Part shown: piece by piece, positions 55,715 through 64,000 of the stretch | How positions within the stretch are numbered: position 1 is the first letter of the stretch | Layout of the letters: each line of letters opens with the position of its first letter | From: Candidatus Omnitrophota bacterium | GTDB lineage: Bacteria; Omnitrophota; Gorgyraeia; B26-G9 | Assembly (NCBI GenBank): GCA_043814605.1 | Contig: JBDRJV010000018.1 | Coordinates: 21,545-85,544, forward strand | DNA length: 64,000 bases | Reading direction: 5' to 3' | Translations under genes and position numbers: made by a program | Notes under the pieces: generated by a model | Told to the model about the DNA's origin: nothing | What the model saw: the letters and a program-made list of their open reading frames with translations, nothing else | Database searches by the model: none

Positions 55715-57521
55715 CTATATAGCTGAAGTAATTAATGGAATACTTAAAAATAGTAAATTATTTTGTGATTTTATAATGGGTTGTGTTGCATCCACTTTTT
55801 GTTCTTGAACTAATTCTTTATGAAATTGTAAGGTTGATTGTTTAATCGCAGATAGTCCTTTTAGATTACCGCTAAATTGGATGAATTCCAAAGTAGCTCC
55901 TCCAGCTAAAGATAAATAGCTCAAGTCTGCATTGGCTTCTCTTGCCGCATAGGTTGTTTCTCCGCCTGCACTCATAGAAAAAATTTCTTGTTCTTTTGTT
56001 GCCTGTTCTATGGCTTTAAGCAACGTTAGTTCCCACAGCTCCTTCAGGAATTTTAGGGTCATCCGCAATACCCATGGGCCCAGCAATAATCACAATTCTT
56101 GCACCCTGCTGATTATTGTATTTTTGCTGTGTCTCAGTGCCAATATCAATTCCGTACCACCCTCTGGGAATACGTGTTTGATTAAATTTAATTTCTCCGG
56201 TTATTTTATTACAAATTGTATAATCTTTAGGAATTTCCACATTAATACCTGCAGCTTCGGCTGCAACTAATAAACTTGCAAAATTGGCAATCCTACTGTG
56301 CGCTTCTTTTAGCCCCTTTTCGGTTTCTAAGGTAATTTCTTTTTTGAGGTTCTCATCAATAATATAAGAATCACCGATTAAATCTTTAATTACTTTTAAA
56401 TTAATATTTTGCTGCATAAATTTTTCCAGTCCTTGAGAATCTTGGACTTTTCCTTGAGAGTCAAAAAATAATTTAAGTTCATTTAAAAATGATTTAGCAA
56501 TCATAAAACCATAACTTACACCACCGCCAATCCTGATTTCATCTTCATTCTTGTTTCTCATTAAGTTGCGTAAAATTAAATCCCGAGCAACAACAACTTT
56601 TGAAATTTTACCTGGCTTATTTTCTATTTTCTTGCCACCAATATATAAAATAAATTTACCACGATCTGGTTCTGCTAATATTTTTAAAACTTCTTCTCCT
56701 TTTATAATTTCCTCAGCCATATGATCGCCCACATAAGCCGGAACAAAATTCGGTAAGCCGGTTATATCAGTCGGAGGACGGTGCTGTTGATGAAAGTCGT
56801 CGTAAACTGCTAAGTCCACAATTTTTGCCAGAGCTTCTCCAATACCGGGATCTGCTTTATCATACTCAGGATCCATGCGAGGATTTTCTAAAAAAATGAT
56901 TTGCACTTTATTTTTTTCTCTTAATTCTTTTTGAACCAAAACAGAAACTTCATCAATATTAGCGTAGACAGATTTAACTTCGTTAGTATCGAGGTTTGTG
57001 GGGGCAAGGATCATTTCATCAGGGTCATGGATAATTCCTTCTTTTAATAACAAATCTCGTGTATATAAGAATAAACTTGCAGTACTAAGCTTGATATCTA
57101 CTCCATCTGGCCGGCCCATCCAGCCTGGTTGCCAGAGGATTTTTCCTTGGTTACCCAAAATATGCCTGATTACAGGTAAAACTACTTTTAATCGGACAGG
57201 GTCTTTTATGCGTTTAGGATTAAATTCTGTGGATTTCTTATCAAAAGGAACATCTCCGCCGCCTCTAAAATAAGTTACCTTAGTCCTGAGTTTTTCAGGT
57301 GTTAGCTCTTGATAGCTGCGATAACCTAATTTTCGCAGGGAATAAGATATATCTGAAAATCCTTTTACAGGTTCTGGTTTTAAAAAAAACGCGTGCTGGA
57401 TAACTTGGCTATTAATATTCAAATACGGCGATAACATTTCTGCAGCGGTAGCTAAGTTTGTAAAGAGAAAGACCTGAATAATTATGAGCGTAATAATTTT
57501 AATATTTTGTTTATTTTTCAC
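55715..57521 (-). pseudogene. pgk: Phosphoglycerate kinase-like gene with N-terminal signal-peptide-like extension, split by a frameshift near 56016-56086
   Basis: The 501-aa ORF carries PGK motifs (VLPVIRHILGNQGKILWQPGWMGRPDG, FILYIGGKKIENK...IRIGGGVSYGF, GIDIGTET, IVIIAGPMGI). The PGK C-terminus (SMSAGGETTYAA...LAGGATLEFIQ) continues in another frame in the overlapping 123-aa ORF. Confidence 0.6.
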
Positions 57522-57765
57522 AATTTAATCCTTCCATTTTAAAAATTAGTTAATTGTTAATAAACAAAAATCAAGAAAGTATACCTTATTTTTTTTCCCT
57601 TCGCAAGAGGAAAGTAAGCATCATTTTTATTTTTTTAACTATTTCTAATTAAATGACTTAAGAAAAATAATTAATTTTTAGCAAAATTATTTTTATTATG
57701 ATATACTTTTGTATCTTTTTTTTAGTTTATTTAATTTTTAAAATTGTAATTATAGGATAAAGAAT

Positions 57766-59211
57766 ATGATTAAAAATAAAGTATCTTCATTATTATTAAT
57801 TATATCAATGCTGCTTAACAATACAGGATTAGTTTTTGGTAAGAATTTTGATAATTTGGGTAGGGAATACTTAAGTCCTGGGATTAGTTTGGATAATTTA
57901 ACAATAAATAATATTTTCAATGATTTGATATTAAAACATATTAAGCCAGTAAAAGAAATATTTGCAATCACTGATTTTGCTGAGCATGATCAAGCTAAGG
58001 TAAGTTTATTAAGAAGATTATTTTTAAAAAACGCTATCAGCACCGAAGAATTTATTAATATAATATTAACTTACTTAGATAGATCAACTTTACCGCGAAT
58101 ACAAAATAATATTGCAAACCCACCAATTCCTTATAAGTACGGACGATGGGTTGCCGACACATTTAAAGAAGGCCCTGCAAGTAAATTTGCTGATCTGATT
58201 GAACGCAGGAATGAAGGTGACCTGAGATTTCTGAACAATGCTTTAGATCAGGATGAAAATACAAGAAGCAAATTTACTAAAGCGATTAAAACTTTTCTTT
58301 CTCTGCCGCAGGTTAAAAAGATGGCTAATTTAGAAATAATGGAAGTAAGTCTGGCAATTACACGCATTGCAACAAACGGGGTGGATCCGGCGCAAAAAAT
58401 TAAAAATAGCGCTTCTGCCTGGGCATTGTCCTTAAAAGATTATATTCGAGCGTTAATTGATAATGCCGATGATTCCCTGGAAGCAGCTTTAAGACTTTCT
58501 GCTATTGGTAATTTTCTGGATTTTTCTGATCCTAAAACAAGTAAAAAACTATCTGATGATGGTTTTTCGCTTGAAAAATTAATTAGTGTAGAATTTGAAA
58601 AAGAAAATTTTTGGGCGAAAAAGAATAGAGAAAATATAGATATTTTGAAAAGTAAAATATCGGCAAAAAAACAGCAAAAAGTATTTATTGCCGTAGATAA
58701 TGCCGGAGAAACAGAAATAGATATCTTTTCGATAGTATATGAACTTCTAGAACAAGGGCATCAGGTGATCCTTGCAGGTAAAACATTGCCAGCGACAAAC
58801 AATTCAACTAAAGTTGATATATTAAATCTTATGCAAAATCAAGCAATTCGGGAATTATTAGGCGAAAAAATAAAAAATATAACTGTAATTGATTCTGGTA
58901 CTCTGGGGATAGGATTTGATCTGGCACGCATGACTGATGAATGTAAAATGGTATTTCTTGCGGCAGATCTAGTTATTTTTAAAGGACAAGCTAATTATGC
59001 TTGCGTGAGAGATTTTAATTTAGCCAAAGATTATTTTCTGATTTTAAGAACAAAGTGGCCCGAAGAATTAAGCAATCGTTACCAAGAAGGGGAGTATGTA
59101 ATTGAATTCGTAGAACATAAAGAAAATGTAAAGCATGCAACTGTTAAGAAAGATGTTATTGTTAAAAAGAAAAATTTATCATTTCAACAACAAATAGATA
59201 GTTCTATTTAA
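57766..59211 (+). CDS. Secreted protein with C-terminal DUF89/ARMT1-like (damage-control phosphatase fold) domain
   Basis: Signal peptide. The C-terminal VDNAGETEID...IFKGQANY resembles the DUF89 motifs DNxGxE and KGxxNY. Confidence 0.4.
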   Translation: MIKNKVSSLLLIISMLLNNTGLVFGKNFDNLGREYLSPGISLDNLTINNIFNDLILKHIKPVKEIFAITDFAEHDQAKVSLLRRLFLKNAISTEEFINIILTYLDRSTLPRIQNNIANPPIPYKYGRWVADTFKEGPASKFADLIERRNEGDLRFLNNALDQDENTRSKFTKAIKTFLSLPQVKKMANLEIMEVSLAITRIATNGVDPAQKIKNSASAWALSLKDYIRALIDNADDSLEAALRLSAIGNFLDFSDPKTSKKLSDDGFSLEKLISVEFEKENFWAKKNRENIDILKSKISAKKQQKVFIAVDNAGETEIDIFSIVYELLEQGHQVILAGKTLPATNNSTKVDILNLMQNQAIRELLGEKIKNITVIDSGTLGIGFDLARMTDECKMVFLAADLVIFKGQANYACVRDFNLAKDYFLILRTKWPEELSNRYQEGEYVIEFVEHKENVKHATVKKDVIVKKKNLSFQQQIDSSI

Positions 59212-59524
59212 CCCAGTCTAGTTATTTCCCCCTTTTTATGTTAATTGACTGCTTTTAGTAACTTCTTTATAATAAATATATATTCATGATTTTTTAAAGC
59301 GATGGAGATTGATTAATTTTAAGTTGCAAGTTTCAGGTGAAAAGCTTTAAGCTTGAAGCTTGGTGCTTGTGGCTTACTTGAAACTAGGGGCGGAGAAATG
59401 TAATGGTTAGCGGATAGAGAAAAATAAGTTTTAAGAAAAAGATTTTTTCTCGCGATTCTTTGCTAGTTACTTGTTAAGAATATTAATGTAATTTTATTAA
59501 TTACTAGATAAAAAATTAATAGTT

Positions 59525-60379
59525 ATGATAGGATTGAAAAATTTTATTCGAAAATTACCATATCCGATTAAAAAAATATTTCGAGATACTTATTTAAAGG
59601 CACTTGATTATAAAGACCAGCTTATTAAAAAAAATATTGATTTAACTCCTCCCAGATTACTGCATCGTATAGGTCATGGTAATTATAAGATTATTGGGAA
59701 AAGATATTGCTCGCATTTTATTAATAAATGCGCTTTAAAGCAAAAAGATACTGTCTTGGATATCGGATGTGGGACAGGAAGAATGGCTGTTCCTTTATTG
59801 AATTATCTTGATGGCGCAGCGCAATATATTGGTTTTGATATTTCTAAAAAAGCCATTGCTTGGTGTCAAAAAAATATTACCAGTCGAAATCCAAATTTTA
59901 GGTTTTACTGCTCAGATATATATAACAAGGAGTATAATCCTCGCGGGAAAGTTGCGGCGGATCAATACAAATTTCTGTGTAAAGATGATAGCGTGGACTT
60001 AGCAATTGCAGTATCAGTTTTTACGCATATGAAGCCGTTGGAAGTGCTAAATTACATGAAGGAAATCAGGAGAGTATTAAAACCAGAGGGGAAAGCTTTG
60101 CTTACTTTTTTTATTATTGATGATAATATAGATCAGCATAAAGGCGCTCCTGATGGGCACTATGATTTTAAATATAGATTTAATGACTATTTTTCAATAG
60201 ATAATAAAATTCCGGAAATAGCTATTGGTTATAGGGAAAATGTGGTACAAAATTTGATAAGCGAAGCAAACTTAAATATTGACGAGCCGATTTATTATGG
60301 ATGTTGGTCAGGAAGAAAAAGTATGCTGGATTTTCAAGATATTATAATTGTTAAGAAAATAAATCAAGTCTCAACTTAG
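59525..60379 (+). CDS. Class I SAM-dependent methyltransferase
   Basis: VLDIGCGTGRMAVPL motif I and downstream DLAIAVSVFTHM. Confidence 0.7.
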   Translation: MIGLKNFIRKLPYPIKKIFRDTYLKALDYKDQLIKKNIDLTPPRLLHRIGHGNYKIIGKRYCSHFINKCALKQKDTVLDIGCGTGRMAVPLLNYLDGAAQYIGFDISKKAIAWCQKNITSRNPNFRFYCSDIYNKEYNPRGKVAADQYKFLCKDDSVDLAIAVSVFTHMKPLEVLNYMKEIRRVLKPEGKALLTFFIIDDNIDQHKGAPDGHYDFKYRFNDYFSIDNKIPEIAIGYRENVVQNLISEANLNIDEPIYYGCWSGRKSMLDFQDIIIVKKINQVST

Positions 60380-60572
60380 GCAGCAGAGATTGTTTCTTGA
60401 CTCAAATAATACCCAATTCTGACCCCCGCGGTCAGAATTGGGGTGCATTATACATATCAGGTTAAATATTCCGCAATAATCAGGTTTTTCCTTCATTGAC
60501 CCCTGTATCCTATTTTGCTATAATACTAAAAGATACAATAAGTTAAATAATTATATAGGGGCAGGCTACGGA

Positions 60573-62312
60573 ATGACACAGGATACTCGGTTTCAATTTA
60601 TCAGTAAATTGTTAGAAGAAAAAGGGGTTTTAACCAAAGATAAAATTGATGATTTTTGGCAGAAATTTAAAAGCAATATTCCCAAAACCCAAGAAGCGTT
60701 AGAAGAGTTTCTCATCGAAAAAAAACTGGTTACAGAGAAAAATTTACTTGATGCGTACAGCCAATACTTAGGCATGCTGCATCAGGATTTGGAATCTGTA
60801 CAAATCCCTCCGGAAGTTTTAGCTTTAATCCCGGCAAAGTTTGCAAACCGTAATAAAGTTATTGCGATTGAAAAAAAAGATTCAAGTTTGGTTGTGGCAA
60901 TCAGAAATCCCTTTGATATTAACGTACTGGATGAGCTGAAAATTCTAACTAAGCTAAAAATTATTCCAATATTAAGTAGAGCCGGCAGTATTGAAAAAGC
61001 AATTCAAACCCATTACGGCCTGGGCGCAGAAACAGTAGAAACATTAGTTGCCGATGCCCAGCAAATCTCTGCACCGGAATCATCTCCAGATGAATTAGTG
61101 ATAAAACAGAGTTCTGATGATTTGGAAAAGATGTCAGAGGATGCTTCTATAATTAATTATGTTAATCAAATTATTCATGATGCCTATAAAAGAAGGGCAA
61201 CGGATATTCATATTGAGCCTTTTGAAACAACTTTAAGAATTCGCTACCGGATTGACGGAGTTTTACAGGAAGTGAAAACATCTCCGGATATAAAAAAACT
61301 GCAATTGTTTATTATTTCGCGTTTAAAAATTATGGCAAATTTGAATATCGCGCAAAGACGCGTGCCCCAGGATGGAAGAGCTAAATTAAAATTGCCGGAA
61401 GAAGAAATCGACCTGCGTTTATCAACATTCCCAACGCTTTTTGGTGAGGGTGTAAGCGTGAGAATTTTAAGCAAGAAAATGATTGTTTTTGGCCTGGATC
61501 AACTGGGGTTTCCGGATAATAAAGTTGAAGAATTAAAAAATATTTTAAAAAAACCCAACGGTATTGTTTTAGTTACCGGGCCCACGGGCTGCGGGAAAAC
61601 TACTACGCTTTATGCCTGTCTTAATTATATTAATGATTCCCAAGTGAATATTATCACTTTAGAAGACCCAGTAGAATACCAATTAATGGGAATTAACCAG
61701 ATTCAGATTAATACTGCAATTGATTTAACTTTTGCTAATGGCTTGCGTTCAATACTGCGGCAGGATCCGGATATTATTATGGTCGGTGAAATCCGCGATT
61801 TAGAAACCGCGCAAATATCAATTCGCGCCGCACTCACCGGGCATTTAATTTTCAGTACGTTGCATACAAATAATGCTATCGCAACAATAACCCGGTTAAT
61901 GGATATTGGTATAGAATCGTATTTGGTTGCAGGGACAGTTAAAGCGGTTGTTGCGCAAAGATTAGTCAGAACAATTTGTTTAAAATGTAAAACCAAATAT
62001 CATCCAGATAAAGGAATACTGAAACTTTTGGAAATTAATACAGGCAAAATTAAAGATAATACCGTGTTATATAAAGGCAAAGGATGTAAAGAATGTGCTC
62101 ATACCGGATATCAGGGCAGAACAGGTATTTATGAAATTCTGGTGGTTAATGAAAATATCAGCGAGTGTATTATCAGTGAGGCATCCAAAGAAAAATTAAA
62201 GAATGAAGCTTTAAAAAATTCCATGGTTACTTTAAGAATGGACGGCTTTGAAAAAGTGAAGCAGGGAATTACTACGGTTGATGAAGTTTTGAGAGTAACT
62301 GAGGAAAGTTAA
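60573..62312 (+). CDS. Type II secretion / type IV pilus assembly ATPase (GspE/PilB family)
   Basis: N-terminal GspE_N-like domain. Walker A GPTGCGKTT. Tetracysteine motif CxxC...CxxC (CLKCKTKY...CKEC). Asp/His boxes. Confidence 0.9.
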   Translation: MTQDTRFQFISKLLEEKGVLTKDKIDDFWQKFKSNIPKTQEALEEFLIEKKLVTEKNLLDAYSQYLGMLHQDLESVQIPPEVLALIPAKFANRNKVIAIEKKDSSLVVAIRNPFDINVLDELKILTKLKIIPILSRAGSIEKAIQTHYGLGAETVETLVADAQQISAPESSPDELVIKQSSDDLEKMSEDASIINYVNQIIHDAYKRRATDIHIEPFETTLRIRYRIDGVLQEVKTSPDIKKLQLFIISRLKIMANLNIAQRRVPQDGRAKLKLPEEEIDLRLSTFPTLFGEGVSVRILSKKMIVFGLDQLGFPDNKVEELKNILKKPNGIVLVTGPTGCGKTTTLYACLNYINDSQVNIITLEDPVEYQLMGINQIQINTAIDLTFANGLRSILRQDPDIIMVGEIRDLETAQISIRAALTGHLIFSTLHTNNAIATITRLMDIGIESYLVAGTVKAVVAQRLVRTICLKCKTKYHPDKGILKLLEINTGKIKDNTVLYKGKGCKECAHTGYQGRTGIYEILVVNENISECIISEASKEKLKNEALKNSMVTLRMDGFEKVKQGITTVDEVLRVTEES

Positions 62313-62328
62313 AAAAGTTAATAAAAAA

Positions 62329-63534
62329 ATGTTAAATTTTAAATATAAAGCTCGCGATAAAAACGGTAATCAGATTGAAGGGATAGAATACGCAGCGAAT
62401 AAAAATACAGTCGCCGAAAGACTGCGTGCAAAAAATCTCTTCCCGATCAGTATCGAACAAGCCAAGCCCGAAGAAAAGAAAATTACGTTAAAACAAATCA
62501 AATTAAATGACAGCGAGCTGATTTTTTTCACCCGCCAAATATCAGACCTTTTAGATTCAGGAATTTCTTTAGTACGTGCGATTGAGCTTTTAATCAATCA
62601 AACCAGTAACCTGAAAATAAAGCAAATAACAAAACGCATTCATGATTATCTTACTGAAGGCGGATATTTATGGGAAGTATTGTCAGAGTATCCGGCTAGT
62701 TTTAACCAGGCTTATATCGGTATGGTCAAAGCCGGGGAAACCGGAGGAAAACTGGAGAATGTTTTTAGCAATCTTGCGGATTTTATTGAACGCAAAAAAG
62801 AAATTAAGGATTCGTTGATATCAATGCTGATGTATCCAGCGATTGTTTTAGTTGTAGGCTTGGGTACAGTATTTTTTCTTATGGCTTTTGTGATTCCGCG
62901 TATGATTTTTGTGTTTACAGATAATCAGGAAACTTTACCTTTAATCACAAAAATTTTAATTGCCGTGAGTGTGTTTTCTGCTAAGTTCTGGTGGGTACTT
63001 TTTATTTTGCTAGGAGGCGGAGGGATTTTCCTATACAAGTTGTATACGGATGAAAAAAACCGGATATTGATTGACCGCATTTTGTATGAGTTGCCATTGG
63101 TTGGTAATCTCCTGGGTAAAATGATTTTTTCCCGGTTTAGTTATGTCCTGAGCTTGTTATTGTCTAACGGGTTATCGATCATGGAATGTTTAGATATATC
63201 CCGGGCCGTTGTTACTAACCGGATGATCAACGAAAAATTAAAACGCATTAGAAATAATGTAGCACAGGGAGGATCGCTTTCTAAAAGTTTGCAGCAGGAG
63301 AAAATCTTCCCGCAAGGTATGATTGATATGATTTCTGTGGGGGAACAAACAGCGCAGCTAGAAAAAATATTATTGAAGATATCTTCCAGCTTCGAACAGC
63401 AAATAAAACAAGATATTAAACGCATATTAATAATTTTAGAGCCAGGCATAATTTTATTTATTGCTCTTATTGTCGGCTTGCTGGTTGCGGCAATCCTTTT
63501 GCCAATTTTTCAGCTTAATTTTCAAATGATGTAA
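62329..63534 (+). CDS. Type II secretion / type IV pilus inner-membrane platform protein (GspF/PilC family)
   Basis: 401 aa. Duplicated GspF-type domains and three TM helices. Synteny with the ATPase. Confidence 0.85.
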   Translation: MLNFKYKARDKNGNQIEGIEYAANKNTVAERLRAKNLFPISIEQAKPEEKKITLKQIKLNDSELIFFTRQISDLLDSGISLVRAIELLINQTSNLKIKQITKRIHDYLTEGGYLWEVLSEYPASFNQAYIGMVKAGETGGKLENVFSNLADFIERKKEIKDSLISMLMYPAIVLVVGLGTVFFLMAFVIPRMIFVFTDNQETLPLITKILIAVSVFSAKFWWVLFILLGGGGIFLYKLYTDEKNRILIDRILYELPLVGNLLGKMIFSRFSYVLSLLLSNGLSIMECLDISRAVVTNRMINEKLKRIRNNVAQGGSLSKSLQQEKIFPQGMIDMISVGEQTAQLEKILLKISSSFEQQIKQDIKRILIILEPGIILFIALIVGLLVAAILLPIFQLNFQMM

Positions 63535-63568
63535 AATTTAAATTCGGGGAAGTTTTAGTGATTAAGTT

Positions 63569-63940
63569 ATGATGAATATTAAAAAAAAATCAGGCTTTAC
63601 ACTACTTGAAGTCATTTTGTCTTTAGCCATGGTTAGTATTGCTTTGGTTGTAATTATCCAGTCTTTTTCCCTTGCCTTGCGCAGTCAAATAAAAATGCAT
63701 AATAATATTAAAGCTTGTTTTTTGGCGGATAAATTGATTACGCAAATACAGATAAAAGGATTGAGTGACGTAAAGCGGGAAGGAAATTTTGATGCGCCAA
63801 ATGAGAAATTCTCTTGGCGTATTTTAAATAAAAGGTCTGGGGATGATTTAGCGGAAATCGAGGTATTTATTTACGGGGATAAACTAAATGAGCAGAAAAA
63901 AATCAGTATTACGACCCAGGTGAAAAAAGAAATTTTATGA
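63569..63940 (+). CDS. Minor pseudopilin (GspI-like), prepilin-type N-terminus
   Basis: KKKSGFTLLEVILSLAMVSIALVV carries the G/FTLLE class III signal. Confidence 0.7.
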   Translation: MMNIKKKSGFTLLEVILSLAMVSIALVVIIQSFSLALRSQIKMHNNIKACFLADKLITQIQIKGLSDVKREGNFDAPNEKFSWRILNKRSGDDLAEIEVFIYGDKLNEQKKISITTQVKKEIL

Positions 63941-64000
63941 GAAATTTTATAGGGAAAAAATCGGGGTTTAGTTTAGTTGAGTTAATTGTATCTGTGGCCA
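63937..64000 (+). CDS. Pseudopilin/prepilin-type protein, 5' partial (runs off the window)
   Basis: ATG overlaps the previous stop (ATGA). MRNFIGKKSGFSLVELIVSVA is a prepilin signal plus hydrophobic helix. Confidence 0.6.
   Translation, partial: MRNFIGKKSGFSLVELIVSVA

Overview
This is a low-GC (roughly one-third G+C), gene-dense bacterial window. I recognise four blocks. (1) 86-15982: a cell-surface glycan locus, mostly on the + strand. It has five GT4 and one CgeB-like glycosyltransferase, two GT9 heptosyltransferases, four SAM methyltransferases (one fused to a ParB/Srx-like domain), a DegT-type aminotransferase, and a - strand ABC-2 exporter pair (permease plus ATPase) flanked by direct repeats. 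(2) 16467-25273: a SurA/PpiD-like periplasmic chaperone, then a compact putative peptide-modification cassette. The cassette comprises an S24/S26-peptidase-like plus nucleotidyltransferase fusion, an HprK-related kinase, a PqqD-family protein and a radical-SAM/SPASM enzyme. I found no recognisable precursor peptide. The cassette is followed by a sensor histidine kinase and an NtrC-type sigma-54 activator. (3) 25862-44035: an 18.2-kb gene encoding a 6057-aa secreted protein. It has 27 tandem ~119-aa Ig-like (Big-type) repeats in blocks of 7, 10 and 10, plus FN3-like domains, CARDB-like domains and a C-terminal PQQ-type beta-propeller. A textbook sigma-54 promoter (TGGCACG-N4-TTGCT) sits directly upstream. 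A separate PQQ-propeller protein follows. (4) 45887-64000: a type IV pilus / type II secretion-like system split into two sub-loci. The first carries the secretin, PilP-, PilO-like and fused PilM-N genes plus a ParA-like ATPase and a MerR-like HTH protein. The second carries a GspE/PilB ATPase, a GspF/PilC platform protein and pseudopilins. Unrelated genes lie between them, including a frameshifted phosphoglycerate-kinase-like gene with a signal peptide. Several intergenic repeat families stand out: a duplicated ~200-nt element with promoter-like boxes, an 'AGTAGCGAGTAGAGAG' palindromic family, and 'NGTCTRT' heptad arrays preceded by an AT hairpin. I also flag GGTAACG repeats and GC-rich hairpin islands. 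I found no rRNA, tRNA or CRISPR. The best candidate for an undescribed system is the kinase / PqqD / radical-SAM / peptidase-nucleotidyltransferase cassette, which sits next to the sigma-54 two-component system that appears to drive the giant adhesin.
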